From contig OZ024741.1 of the NCBI GenBank assembly GCA_964016885.1, positions 145,700,001 to 145,764,000 on the forward strand: a stretch of 64,000 nt of DNA, read 5' to 3'. Position 1 is the first letter of the stretch, and each line of letters begins with the position of its first letter. The notes under the pieces were generated by a model, which saw nothing but the letters and a program-made list of their open reading frames with translations, ran no database searches and was not told the origin of the DNA. The DNA comes from Eledone cirrhosa. Taxonomy: Eukaryota. The position numbers and the translations under genes are program-made. Shown one piece after another: positions 1 through 13,789 of this stretch.

Positions 1-290
1 GCTCTCTATACTCTGGGTTCAAATTCTGTTGAGGTCAGCTTTACCTTTAACCCTTTCATGTGAATAAGTGGGGGTAATAAATACTGAGGCTGATCAAATT
101 GTAATGAACAAAATCTTCCTCAGACTATATATTGTTGCCTTAAAAAGAGGAGGTAGACATTGCATGATGCGGTTGGCTCTATATAAACTAAACTGTACCT
201 GATAAAACGAAAGGATGTTTATTGCTAGAATACTTTTGATCATAGGCTTGCTGAATCAAAGCTGATCTGGGCTAATCAACAACAATGATA
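1..290 (+). mobile_element. Degenerate tRNA-headed SINE (family S1-related) with (AAC)n-like tail
   Basis: gggttcaaattctgttgaggtcagctttaccttt resembles gagttcaaatcccgccgaggttgactttgccttt of the copy at 28796; ends gctgatctgggctaatcaacaacaa. Confidence 0.55.
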
Positions 291-590
291 ACGGAGACAA
301 AACTATACTCACTTCTACTCTATCAATTTTATATATAAATAAATAATAATAATAAATAAATAAAAATTAATGTATGATCATAGGCATAGTAAACCAAGGC
401 TGACCTGGGGCTAAACAACAACACATCAGCAGTAATTATGACAATACTGTATTATTCAGGTCTATAAAAAAAAATGAAAAAAAGAAACAATGTTTCATAA
501 TAGCCTGCTGAATTAAGGATGACCTGGTGCTAAAAGATAATAGTACAACAACAATAAGGACAACATTATATTCAGTTCTACTATATAGAT
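236..590 (+). repeat. Three degenerate tandem copies (~130 bp period) of the SINE 3' end
   Basis: The motif atagg/atagc...gctgacctggggctaaacaacaac recurs near 240, 378 and 498. Confidence 0.55.
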
Positions 591-1011
591 TGTATAAAAA
601 GAATAGAAGAAAGAGATCAGATTTAGGTTGCCTCCATAGTTGTTCAGCAACTTCAGAGTATATCTTTCAGATTCTCCTTCGTTCTCTTTTTCTCAGGTAA
701 AGCTATGAAAGTTTGCATTTATTTCACTTTCATATACTGACTATTTTACTATTTTATTTAATTCCTGCATTCTGTTCACTAGTGTTACAATTTTCACCAT
801 TCTTTTTGTTGTTTTCAACTTAAAACTTTAATGATAAATCTTCTTTTCGTTAAATTGTCTTTTACAACATTCGTTTTGGTTTTGTCTTTTGGTTATATTT
901 TTTTAATTAATTTATTCTCAACTACATTACATTCAAATGTCTCTTGTAATGATTTATTTTACATTGAAGAAAAAACTTCTACTCCGGTAATAACACACAA
1001 ACACTATAAAG

Positions 1012-1012
<1 letters not shown>

Positions 1013-1042
<30 letters not shown>

Positions 1043-1100
1043 TGTATGTATGTATGTATGTATGTATGTATGTATGTATGTATGTGTATGTGTGTGCATG
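1013..1100. repeat. (TATG)n microsatellite
   Basis: Directly visible. Confidence 0.95.
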
Positions 1101-1229
1101 CATTTATATCCAGACACAAATAGATATATGGATATTTATTCTAATTATTCATATTTTATATTGTATTAAGTGTCCATAATCAGTATAAGGTCTAATAAAG
1201 AATATATTTACATAGTAATATAATTTGAA

Positions 1230-1835
1230 ATTTGTCTATATATATAGGAGATGATTAAATTGCGTAGGAGTCCTATTTCTTACATACATCCAATCAAATC
1301 CAATCCAGGGCTTTCTCACCCCTGTTGGAGAAACCTTTCCTTGATTCATCTCCACTGGTTTCGGTTTGGTTTCAGTCATATTAGAGGTTTAGCCACAGTC
1401 ACCATGCTTGGCCAATTGCAAGTTGGTGATACATCTTGTCTAATTTTATGCTTCCCCTAATTAACTGTGCTAGAACTCTTTCCATCACTTTCATAACTTG
1501 GTCCATTATCTTTATTCCTCTTTAGCTGCTCCTTTCTAAAGCATAACATTTTTTTCCTTGTAGCTGTTAGCGTAATGCTGCACCAGCCCTTGGGTATGAT
1601 AGCATCCTGCATTACCTGATTGATTATATGGGGGACTATTTCAGCTCCTACTACTCCTGATGCTTTTAACATCTTGTCAACTATCTCTGACAATCCTGGG
1701 ATTTTACCGTTCTTCACTTCTTTGATCGCTTCCTTGACTCTATGACTGTTGATTTTCATAGTTAGTACCTCTTTTGAATCCTCATCCTTCCATTCATTCT
1801 CTGCATTCATCAGCCTCTCATAGTAACATTTCCAG
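1230..1835 (-). mobile_element. Old RTE-clade LINE ORF fragment
   Basis: ORF 1457..1810 (KIPGLSEIVDKMLKASG..IIPKGWCS) parallels KATGPSGIAAEMLKASG..AIPKDWCS of the 39039 ORF. Confidence 0.8.
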
Positions 1836-2294
1836 GCCTCTGTATATATATATGTGTGTAATAGGGTGTATATGAAGACAAGGATTAATTATCAATAGAA
1901 CAAACATAGCACAGTTCATAATAGGGGTGTATATGAGTTTATATGATATATTTATGAGCATGGATGACCCATCTAACCCATGCAAGCATGAAAAAGATGA
2001 TGATTTATGCATAGATATATATACAAGAGTCTACTGTGAATATTTTAATCTGTCATCTGTCACAGCTATTTCAGTAGCCTAATGAAACTGTCAGACATGA
2101 GTTTCTGGATTTTTATTGGTCATTGGTGACATTTATACACTTTCTACTTAGACAAAAATAATCTTAAAGCTTATATGCTTTTCGGCATATGGAACATTAG
2201 CTAAAGATGCTCGTTTGCATATAGTACAAACTTGAGCAGCTAGCACTCATTAGCAGTAGCAATATGAAGGCATAGATGATATGTTTTTACATTA

Positions 2295-2615
2295 AACAGG
2301 TACTCTGTCAGTTGCAGATGAATGTTCCAGTTGATGCGATCAACAGAACAGCCTGTTTGAGATATTAACATGTAAGTGGCTGAGCATTCCTTAGACAAGC
2401 ATACCCTAAACACGGTTCTATGGAAGATTCAGCATGATGCAAAATGTAACAAGGCTGCTCCTTCGAATTACAGGTGCAACGCATTTTTGCGAACTGAATG
2501 GAATGGAGCAATGACAAATAAAGTATTCTGTCCAAAGACAAAATGTACCACCGGGAATTGTATTCATGAGCTAATAATTATGAGTTGAATACTCTAACTA
2601 TTAAGCCATGCATAT
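2295..2615 (-). mobile_element. SINE family S2 (CORE-like), degenerate
   Basis: Colinear with the copy at 13131-13456 (gtggctgagcattcc, gattcagcatga, aaataaagt). Confidence 0.7.
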
Positions 2616-2697
2616 ATCTCCTTCATATACTCCTCTATCACCAAGCCTGCTAATTTTGTGCTATTGTTAATGTATGTGTGTGTATATATATATATAT

Positions 2698-3660
2698 ATC
2701 ATCATCGTTTAATGTCCATCTTCCACGCTTGCATGGGTTTGGACGGGAATTTTCCCACTCGAGGCAAGATTGGTTGTCTTGCTCATATAGGACTGTCTGG
2801 TGGGTTTTCTATGGCTGGATGCCCTTCCTAACACCAACCACGTTTACAGTGTGGACTGGGAGGTTTTTTACGTGTTACCTACATGGCCACATTACAGCAT
2901 GGACTGTGTTTTTTTGTCGTGACACCTACACGACCTCATTTATTTCGGACTGGATGTTGTGGTACCAACATAACTTTACATTGAAAGGGGTGGTGTGGAT
3001 GGGATGGGGGTAGTGGGACAGGGGTGTATTTTTGTTAAGAGGTGCCTACTGATTGTAGGTTTCACTTTGTACTTAGGCAAGGCGGGTCTTCTGTATAACT
3101 GTGTAGCGCCAAAGAACTTGGTCCAGTGATATTGTCTTGGAGAGGTGTAAGTGTGTAAGGTCGGAATTTATCACGTTGTCCAAGGTTCTTCTTTGTCTGC
3201 CTACTCCGTAGCTATCATCTATTTTTATCACCCTGCACTTTTTTTATACAGCTGTTGTCTTTCATGCGCATCACGTGAGCATACCAACGTAGTCTTACTC
3301 TCGAGTAAACAACATCTGATCCCTCTTATTCCTAATTTCTCCCTTAGTTCATTTATGCTTTGCCGTTCACGTTTATTACTATTACACATCCAATGGAGCA
3401 TGCAAGCTTCGTTCCTCTCCAGTCTGCGTATATCCTCTGCACACAATGCCCAAGTCTCACTGCCATGTAACATTGCTGTTCGTATGCAGGCATCATACAG
3501 CCTGCCTTTCATTTTTAAAGAGAACCCTTCAGCGGCCAATAGTGGTATAAGCTCTCTGAACTTTTTCCATCCCGTTCTGACTCTAGCTACTGTACTTTCA
3601 GAGCACCCTCCCCCACTGCTGATTTTGTCACCCAGGTAACGGAAGGTGTCGACTATTTCT
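2698..3660 (-). mobile_element. 5'-truncated RTE LINE (subfamily B), 3' end of ORF plus 3' UTR
   Basis: ORF 3228..3539 (KGRLYDACIRTAMLHGSETW); CAT-repeat tail at 2698; both ends abut (TA)n; close to the 34357 copy. Confidence 0.9.
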
Positions 3661-3675
3661 TAATATATATATATA

Positions 3676-4880
3676 TTAAAATAACAGATTAAAGTTTAAG
3701 CAAAGAATCGCTGCTTTCACCTTAAATAGGATCGTCTGAAACTAAAAAAATCAATCTGTGAACGCAGAAGTAAGTATTTCGAAAAACGTTGCAACCGAAG
3801 GAAAACAGGCAGACGGTACTTTGGTTCGTGAAGACGTTCCCTGGCAATTAACGGAAAAACGCGAAGATAATACGTCATTATGTGGACCGATGAGAACAAT
3901 TACACGCAAAGACAAAACCACGTTTATGGTATAAATGAAGCCGTAGACTAATATTTTATTTAGGAAACCGAATGATTCTCGGCTTCAAAGTTAAGAATAA
4001 TGTAAATAAATTAGTAGAACGAAAATGACAGAGGTTATTGAAATCAACAATAATTAAATATATACATACACGCATCTACGCATGTATGTATACATATAAT
4101 TATATAAATGTATATAAATATACACACATAAATACGTAAATAACGCACGCACACACACATACCTACAGGTAAATACACATATGTTCACTAAACATATGTC
4201 ATCCAAAACACAAAGTACACATATACACACCTTACATAAGTGCAAACACGCATACACACACAAACACAAAATACACATATACACATAACCATATACACAT
4301 GTACCAGTATATATAATATAATATATACACCTATAACAAATACAAGCATATATACGTACGAGAAAGTATACGTACCTTCACAAAACATACGTGTAAGGTA
4401 TACTTACCTTTACAAATAAGTAATTGTATAAACATAAAATATACTTAGCTACCACATCAAGACGTAAATTATCCACGTATTGTTCGTACTATCCGTTAGG
4501 TTATAATGTGGGGCTGTAATACAGGAAAGTTTTATGCAATTTATGTTTACAAGCCGAAATTGCCTCAGAGTTTTTGTTTAACATGTGGTCATTGGCGTAG
4601 AGTATTTCCAGGGCTTCAGCGGCGCAAAGATCGCATGGTCTTTTATTTCCGTTATATGATCTAGCCTTAGCTAGGATCTCCCAATGTAACCTATATTGGG
4701 TGTGGTTGTTTTTTAGACTCCAGATATAAGCTGAAAGTGACGTCATATTTCTTCTTAAAGGGTTAAGAAAAGAATGGGTGTGTATGTAAAGACGCTGCTT
4801 GAATCTATTGGCGGTTAACCCTATGTAAGCCCTACGGGATGTGGGCGTTTTGACCATACATTTGTATGGTATGTTCTTTG
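3676..4880 (-). mobile_element. Penelope-like element 3' fragment (GIY-YIG endonuclease plus long 3' region)
   Basis: ORF 4501..4857: YIGLTANRFKQR..H, CDLCAAE, LNKNSE..CKH; same type as 20714..21115. Confidence 0.8.
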
Positions 4881-5623
4881 CAGAAATATTTTACAAAACT
4901 ACTAAGCGCTGTGTTGAAAAAAATTTCATTTCCCAGCCCTTTGAAAGATAAATAAAATCAGGTGAGAAGCCAGGTCATTTTACAGAGATGAACCAGTAAG
5001 TGGGTATTGTGGTAGAGAACCAATAAGTGTTTGAAAATTAGTAGAAGATTCATGATATAAATAGTAGTTTAATCAGTGTATTAGGTTCAGGAAATTAACA
5101 TATAGAGTTTAGTGCTTTATAGGAAAAGGGGAGGGGGGTCTTAGTTTATCAGTATAGTTGAGATATTTTTATTAATGTATATTATATTAAGGCACAAAGA
5201 TAATGGATTTATTTCTTCCAGCATTCGCACAGCTATTATGCTTTTGACTTTAATTTTATTATTACTGGTGACAAAGTTTATGTGCTCTTCTTTGTAGTAT
5301 AATAGTTAAAATTAATTGTTTTATAACTGAGTAAATGGGGACTGTCAAAGATAAAATGATTTTATAGATAGGGTTGGAGTTTTATTGTTGTAAGTTTAAA
5401 TATATGTTCAAGGTAAGGTAATGCTTTATGAGTGTTTGATCCCATTAATCATTCAATGTGAAGATAAGGAATTCAAGAGATCTAGATTGTAATATTAGAG
5501 GTGTTCCTAAGAATATTAAATTGTCTTTTCTATTTTTTATTTTCTTAATACTTTCATTGTTTTATGGGTCCTAAATGGTTATTAAAAAGTGGTTAAACTT
5601 TTAATAGGTGTATTTATATATAT

Positions 5624-6380
5624 ATCATCATCATCACCATTTAACGTCCATTTTTCCATGCTAGCATGAGTTAGATGAGTTGTTCTGTTGTGAGAAATGT
5701 CAGGTCAGGTGACCATGTCTTGCTCATACAGAACTTTACAGCATGGGCTGGATGCTTTTTATCGTGTCACCATCACAACCGCTTTATAGTATGGGTGGCA
5801 GGCTTCACTATATTTCAGCTTCAGCCTGTATCCATGGAAACGTGGGTCTTCTGTATCACTGCATAATGCTAGAGATATAGGTCCTTTATATAGGTCTTTG
5901 AGAGGTGTAATTGAGCAAGGTTAGCTTTTATCATCTCATCCCAAGTCTTCCTGGGTTTCCCCACTCCATAGCTTCCATCAATTTTGAATGCTCTGCACAT
6001 TTTTATCCATCTGTCATCCTTCACACTCATCACATGTCCATACCAATGCAATCTCCTCTCCTGCACACTGCATCTGATTCCCCTTATGCCTAGTTTCTCT
6101 CTCAGTTCATTTATGCTTTGCCGTTCATGTATATTACTATTACATATCCATTGGAGCATGCAAGCATCATTTCTTTCCAATCTATGCAAGTCTTCTGCAC
6201 ACAGTGCCCAGTTCTTACTACTATGCAACATTGCTGTTTGTACACATGTGTCATACAGTCTGCATTTCATTTTAAGAGAAAGGCCTTTTGTAACTAGCAG
6301 TTGCAGTAGCTCCCTGAACTTCTTCCATCCCATTCTCACTCTGTACTTTCAGACACTCCCCTCCACTGTTAATTGTCCAC
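5624..6380 (-). mobile_element. Older RTE LINE 3' fragment
   Basis: ORF 5869..6339 (GWKKFREL..RRLHWYGHV..GKPRKTW); CAT-repeat tail next to (TA)n. Confidence 0.88.
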
Positions 6381-6667
6381 ACAACTACAATTTCCTCATA
6401 GAAGTAAAATAGTTGCTTCAAATAAATATCAGGTTCACATCATGACTGCTAAATGTAAGTTGAGAACTGGACATAAATAAATAAATAGAAAAAATAAACA
6501 ACAAAAACACAACAAACAAAAATAGTCAAATTGGACAGTGTTTTAAACATTGATAGAATCTTTCACCACCAGCTGTAATGCTCATTATTATCATATCTGA
6601 AATCTCTTATTATCATATCGGAAATCTCTTAAGATACTAACATGCCTGAGAAAACCTAGGATTTCAA

Positions 6668-6970
6668 TTTTAACTCTTTTTATACCAAATCGCCTAAAAC
6701 GATCTCTTGTTCTATGTTACAAATCTCTTTGTTTATATTTTATCTAAAAATCTTCCATCATAATTTTGTAAGAACATATTATTTTCCAAACTTAATAATG
6801 AAAAAGTTGAGCATATTACTAATCCTAATGTTGTATAAGAACATTTGATGTTGTGTTATGTTCCAAGCACCAACAAGTTAATTTTTGTTCCAAATTCTTG
6901 ATTATTTTCAAAATATTCAAAGCTTAGCAGCATCCTTCATTAGAAAAATGGTTATGAAAGGGGCATTTAA
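6668..6970. mobile_element. Putative TTAA-bounded (piggyBac-type) MITE, degenerate
   Basis: ttaactctttttatacc ... ggttatgaaaggggcatttaa; resembles 16100-16527. Confidence 0.4.
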
Positions 6971-7586
6971 ATTACATCCTTTTATCATAATTTTATGTAA
7001 AAGTCTTGGTTAAGTTATGTTTGAAATGCCAACTTCATTATTACCATCATCATTTAACATCTGTTTTTTCCATTTTAGCAAGGGTTTGTTTTAACAAAAA
7101 TTTGTTTTGTCAAAATTTTCCAATTTCTTATTTTCATGATTAATCGAACCCTGTCATTTTAGCACAATGTCACCAAGCAATGCCTTTGGTGGTTCTTCCA
7201 TGGAAAATGGAAGAGAGGATCTAGTGATGTAGCAGGAATGGGAAGAAATCTGGATAGAACTCTGGATAGAACTCTGGCAATTGAAGAAGAAGAAGGATAA
7301 ATGAAAAAATATCCTTAGTGGCATATGTCCCAGATGAGACCAAGTGCTTAGGTGAGAGATAAGTAGTGTATTTCTATAGAAATATGATAATGAAATCGTT
7401 AATTACTAGACTAAGACAAAGATTTCAGAGAAAATAAGATAGAGCAGATATTTGATAAACAGCTCAGTGTTGTAGTTTAAACCCTTTAACATGTTTACTT
7501 GGAGCAATATAACAATATTTCCTGTCAAATAGAGTAAATTAATTAATTAATTAGTAAAAATTATTGATTGAATAAAAACAACATAT

Positions 7587-7660
7587 ATTGTCCTACAGGG
7601 TATAACATAGGAATTTAAGACAGGTTGCCCATGGGAACTCCTATATGCTGAAGACCTGTT
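7587..7660 (+). mobile_element. Tiny RTE RT fragment
   Basis: Translates IVLQGIT*EFKTGCPWELLYAEDL. Confidence 0.75.
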
Positions 7661-7669
7661 AAATGGTAT

Positions 7670-7800
<131 letters not shown>

Positions 7801-7801
<1 letters not shown>

Positions 7802-10054
7802 ACTCAACGCCTACGACAGTAAAGAAGAACAGATAGAGACATTTAACGTAGAAGAGAACTGGGAGTTCCTAAAAAATAACTTACTAGAGGCGACGGATGA
7901 GGTTTGTGGCTGGAGTAAGACCTCAAGCAGGAGGAGAGTGACTTGGTGGTGGAACAATAAGGTAGATGAAGCAGTCAAGGCCAAGAGACAGGCATGGAAA
8001 GAATGGAAGAACGGGGGGAGCAGGGTACATTACATAGAGACCAAGAGGGAAGCTAGGCGACAAGTATACTTAGCTAGGAGGGAAGCAGAGGATAGAAAAT
8101 TCAAGCATGTTTTACAACGTGAGGACCAGAAACAGGAGGTATTCAAGATTGCGAGGCAGTGTGTCAGAGATAGTTGTGATGTCATTGGAGAGAAGTGTAT
8201 CCGAAATGATAAAGGTGAGCTTGCCCTCACAAGTGCTGAGAAGAAAGATGCATGGAAGAGTCATTATGATAGATTACTAAATGAGGAGAATGCATGGGAA
8301 GAAGAGACCCTACCCCACGTAGACCCTATAGAGGGACCAGCAGTACAAGTCAGCGGCAGCGTAGTAAGTAAGGCAATCAGAGATATGAAGATAGGGAAGG
8401 CAACCGGTCCATCGGGTATAGCTGCCGAGATGCTGAAGGCATCTGGGTCTGTAGGTCACACTATAACCACACGTATCGTTAACCAGGTAATACTAGAGGG
8501 GGCCATACCAAAAGATTGGTGCAGTAGCATCATTGTCAACTGCTACAAAGGTAAAGGCGATGCACTAGATAGAGGAAACTATAGAGGTATAAAGTTGATG
8601 GACCAGGTCATGAAAGTAACAGAAAGAGTTATAGCACAGCTGATTAGGGACCGGGTGAATATAGACGAGATGCAATTTGGGTTTGTACCAGGGAAAGGCA
8701 CCACTGATGCCCTCTTCCTTGTGAGGCAATTACAGGAAAAGTACCTAGCTAAAAGTAAGCCACTCTACTTGGCATTTGTCGACCTTGAGAAAGCCTTTGA
8801 CAGAGTTCCACGTGCAGTAATCTGGTGGGCTCTTAGAAAACTAGGAGTAGATGAATGGCTTGTGAAAGCGGTACAAGCCATGTATAGGGGAGCAGTCTGC
8901 AAAGTTAGGATTGGCAATGAGTATAGCGAGGAATTTAGCGTACAGGTTGGGGTCCACCAGGGCTCTGTTCTTAGCCCTCTCCTGTTCATCATAGTCCTGC
9001 AGGCAATAACGGAGGAGTTTAAGACCGGATGCCCATGGGAACTCCTGTATGCTGATGACCTCGCACTCATAGCTGAATCTATGGTACAACTAGAGAATAA
9101 ATTCCAAACCTGGAAGCAGGGACTAGAGAGAAAAGGCCTCAAAGTCAACATGACAAAGACTAAGGTCCTTGTAAGTAGACGAGAAAACAGAACCCAGATC
9201 CCCTCAGGGAAATGGCCTTGCTCAGTATGTAGGAAAGGTGTAGGTAGGAACTCCATTCTCTGCCCCAAATGCAAACAATGGGTACACAAGAGATGTAGCG
9301 GGAAGGCAGACTGTATGATGCGTGTATCCGAACAGCGATGTTGCATGGTAGTGAGACCTGGGCGCTGAAGGTGGAAGACTTACGTAGATTAGAGAGAAAC
9401 GAAGCCTGCATGCTCCGATGGATGTGTAACAGTAATATACGTGAACGACAAAGCATAAAGGAATTGAGAGAGAGACTGAGCATAAGAGGAATCAAATGCT
9501 GCGTGCAGGAGAGGCGGTTACGCTGGTATGGACATGTGATGCGTATGAAGGATGACAGCTGCATAAAAAGGTGCAGAGCACTAGAAGTTGATGGAAACCG
9601 CGGAGTGGGGAGACCCAAGATGACTTGGGATGAGGTGATAAAAGCCGACCTTACCCAACTACACCTCTCAAAGTCAATGACACACGACCGTGACTTCTGG
9701 CGTCACGCAGTAATACAGGGTACCCGACCTCCCATGGGTACATGCTGAAGCATATAAACAATATGCCCCCCCCCCCCTCCACCGCAAGGTGGCCGTGGAG
9801 GTGCCACGGCAAAAAAGCACCCAGCCCACACTGTAAAGTGGACGTGTAGGCGCCACGAAAAAGCACCCAGCACTCACTGTAAATGAGGTTGGTGTTAGGA
9901 AGGGCATCCAGCTGTAGAAATCAAGCCAGATCAGTTCCTGTATGAGCAAGGCATGGTCAGCCGACCAGACACTGCCCACAACAGGACAACCCGTCTAACC
10001 CATGCTAGCGTGGAAGAACGGACGTAAAACGGTGATGATGATGATGATGATGAT
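7801..10054 (+). mobile_element. Young 5'-truncated RTE LINE (subfamily A) with an internal deletion
   Basis: ORFs 7938..9368 (RT, YADD) and 9338..9748; nearly identical to 39694-42210; lacks the segment equivalent to 41197-41458; (GAT)n tail. Confidence 0.95.
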
Positions 10055-10202
10055 TCTCACCATTTAACATGTTGACTGCTGTCGCATGCTGGGGTCAGAT
10101 TTGTCAGGTGACTAGGTTCTGCTCATATGCTTTGCTTTAGCTTGGTTTCTACGATTGGATACCCATCCTAACAACAACCATACATACACATACATATATA
10201 TA

Positions 10203-10597
10203 TATAAACGTTTGAAGTTAGAAGACCAGAACAATGCAGGTTTGGAGATAGAATATAAATGCAAAAGATAACGCTGACAATTAGTCTTTTACCTTAATTT
10301 ATTCAGATATCCTGATATTTCGAGATAATATCTCTTCATCTGAGGAAAGTAAAGGGGTTAATCCAGTGTTCAAAGTGGATTGCTAAGTCATGCTGACTGG
10401 AAGTATGCATGACTTAGCAATCCACTTCGAACACTGGATTAACCACTTTACTTTCCTCAGACAGAGAGATATTATCTCTAAATATCAGGATATATGAATA
10501 AATTAAGGTAAAAGACTAATTGTCAGCGCTATCTTTTACATTTATATTCTATCTCCAAACCTGCATTGTTCTGGCCTTCGAACTTCAAACGTTTATA
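10203..10597. repeat. ~190-bp-arm fold-back (inverted repeat) with a 13-nt loop
   Basis: 10203-10393 is the reverse complement of 10407-10597 with few mismatches. Confidence 0.95.
10310..10346 (-). ncRNA. Minimal type I hammerhead-like motif (U4A variant)
   Basis: Minus strand: tcct-CAGATGA-a-gagat att atctc-GAAA-ta-TC-agga; a more decayed mirror copy lies at 10454-10490 (+). Confidence 0.6.
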
Positions 10598-11609
10598 CCT
10601 CACTATACAATGCTTCAAGTATATTACCAATTCTTTCTTTCATATATATATATATGCATGTGTGTGTGTGTATGTGTGTGTGCATATAATTATATAGTAA
10701 GAGCAAGTAAGAGAAATCAATATAGACAGAAATATCTTCCACTAGAGATATGATATTTATGGATTGCTCAATAGTCCGCTGTGTGTATATGAACAATTAA
10801 ATTAAATGAAAGGTGGTATGTCTCATGATATTTTAAACATATTTTAGTTTTAGTGATGAAGGTTTCTTCAGCTTTATCTCAAAGCAAAGACAATATTTGT
10901 TATTTTTTCATCTAATTTTTATATTTAATATGAAATTTTAAATTTGTCCTATGTTTATCAATGTTGTGCTTTCAATCGCTTTAATTACTGTATAAATTAG
11001 CTTCTAATTAAAGCTATATGCACATTTAGATACAATTATGGTATTTTGGATAAACTTGTTTGATTAAATTTGCTGTAAAATTTCTTCTTCCCTTATATAA
11101 ATTGAGGATGCTTTTTATTTGTTTGAATTTTTTATTTGTTTGAATTTTTTATTTGTTCTTTTAATATTTTTGTAATTATTTTTGTCAAAACCAATTGAAA
11201 TTTATGCAAAAGATGCCAAAAAAAAAAGAAATTATAAAACCATAAATCTATAAAAAAAAATATAAGACAAAATTTACATTAATGATAATCTTGCCCAGAA
11301 ATTCATTATGTTTTAAAAATTTCATTTATCTCCTCATAACTGTAATTATTTATTTTGTTTGGTGGCGAATTAAATCTGAATCCTCACAAAATGTTCTCGT
11401 GTTCATTCTTGTCAAAGATATTTGAATAAAGAAATATTTTAAAAACATATTTTGTATTCAATTGTATGTTGATCCAACAAAGAGTGGTGTGCTGCTGTAT
11501 TTGTGGAAGGCTTCAAATTTGCATTTCTTTCACAACTCCACTTCCTAGGGCCAATATGTTCTGCATTCATGCAATCAATTTCACACTTTATATTGTTTAT
11601 TTCTCTGAT

Positions 11610-11640
<31 letters not shown>

Positions 11641-11764
11641 AGTGTATGTGTGTTTAAAACGTTGACACATTTCCTACTAAATTAAGCATTAAACTAATAT
11701 ATTTCTTCATTTTTCTGTATTGTTTGCTTTGTAGTTTCCACTTATTTCCCTACCACCATACACA

Positions 11765-11838
<74 letters not shown>

Positions 11839-11949
11839 CAAGGTTTATTATTAAAACCTTTAATAGGCTTATAACTGCCACACTAGACGAACCAAGAAAA
11901 AAAAGTGGTCATTTTTGGAAAAATAGCTCACCAGAAGTCAATTAAATTC

Positions 11950-12975
11950 AAATAATTTGCCTGACATGTTAAATGATTTCTTCTTTCTGTGGCTGCACAT
12001 TTTCCACCAACTCAGTTATTTCAAAACCCTAATTAACAGCATAAACAATAATGCCAACTTCCCAATAGAATATCATGAGAATCAACTACCGTTCTTAAAT
12101 ATTCTAATCATCAAAAAGGAAGGTACAAATATTGAAACTGATATCTGCTATAAACCAACAACCTCTAAACAATACTGGCTATTCACTTTAAGACATCGAA
12201 GACATATGAAGACAAATATTCTGTTTAATCTAAGAGAGAGAGTCTGCACGATTGTTTCAAATTATGACACTCGGAATAAGACTCCAACAATTAAAACAAA
12301 TGCTACTTAAATGGGAGTACCTGTCAATGTTAACAGATAATGGAATGGAAGTTGTCAAAAGCAATAAATATCCAATAACTACAAAAAACACAAAACACTT
12401 CAGATACACCCAATACGCTACCCTTGATCATAACACACAATCCAAGAAATACAAAGGCATACAACATTATCCACTAGAAGATTCCACTATTGAGACAAGA
12501 TACAAGATTGAAAAAAAGCACTTGAAATGCACAAAATAATCAAGTGTAAAAGACAATCAAATTCACTTAAATATCCTGTGCCAAATTACCCACCACGAAC
12601 CCAACACCCACAGTAAAAAAGTATGGTCACCCTAATTGTCTGACTTACATTAACCTTATTGAAGACATACGGTTAAATTAAAATCAGGACAAATTTTTAT
12701 CATAAAAATCTATTACAATTAGTCAAAAAATTTAATATATACATTTAACTATGAAGACTACATAGGAAAAACAAATCTTATACCCAGAACAGAATGACTA
12801 TTCATTGCCAAAACAAAATCGATTCCATTGAGTGGGTATCTTGACTTATGTGCAACAAATGAGTCCTCAAATTCCAAGTGTTTCTACTTTACTTTGGTTC
12901 AGACAATACCACAAACCAAGCACAGATTAATAAAATATATTTATATAAAAATACAAACTATGACTGAATAAACTG
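11950..12975 (+). mobile_element. Decayed Penelope-like element (RT C-terminus to GIY-YIG)
   Basis: QLPFLNILI..IETDICYKPT..QY in ORF 11957; NLIY and YIGKT remnants near 12730-12775. Confidence 0.75.
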
Positions 12976-13130
12976 TAACAGGATACATTCACTAACACAC
13001 AAACACATACAATTTTTGTTCATTTTTGCCATTTGACATGTTGAAGTTATATATACAACAGCCTACCGTTTGGGCAAAATTATGACTTCTTGTATACATG
13101 TAGTAGAGAACAAATTGTACACACATTCAT

Positions 13131-13456
13131 GATTGGCACTCTCTCGGTTACGACGACAAGCATTCCAGTTGATCTGATCAATGGAACATCCTACTTGTGA
13201 AATTAACGTGCAAGTGGCTGAGCACTCCACAGGCATGTGTACTCTTAATGTAGTTCTCAGGGAGATTCAGCATGACATGGAATGTGACAAGGCTGACCCC
13301 TCGAATTACAAGTACAATTCATTTTTGCCAGCTGAGTGAACTGGAACAATGTGAAATAAAGTGTCTTGTTCAAGGAGACAATGCACCACTAGAAATTGAA
13401 CCCTCAACCTTATGATTTTGAACCAAACACCTTAACCACGAAGCCATGCGTCTTCA
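13131..13456 (-). mobile_element. SINE family S2 (tRNA head, CORE-like centre)
   Basis: Reverse complement shows gcatggcttcgtggttaagg and a gggttcaatttc B-box, then ccttgaacaagacacttt. Confidence 0.75.
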
Positions 13457-13718
13457 TACATACATATATACATACAAATATTGATCATTCTCCAACTTGA
13501 CAGATTAAATTTTCAAAGGGTTGACTTTTGGAATGCATGGACACATCAATCTGAGCTAGATTATTTTCGAAATTCATTCAGAGGTGAGGCAGTTATGGAA
13601 TAGTGCCACAGCATTCAATCTCACTTAACTTTCAGAAATCATGAAATTGTGAAAAGAGTGTAGTTATTTTAAATAAATCTTCTTTAAGACACCAAGCACT
13701 TTTTTCAACTTTTTTCTG

Positions 13719-13789
<71 letters not shown>

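Noticed and set aside
665-702. tttcag...ctcag|gtaaag as a possible 26-nt micro-exon
   Set aside because: Splice-like motifs occur often by chance in pyrimidine-rich DNA, and nothing else supports it.
3700-3745. Minus-strand CAGACGA-tcct attta aggt-GAAA near a Penelope 3' end
   Set aside because: There is no UH site or pairing stem I; at best a dead hammerhead.
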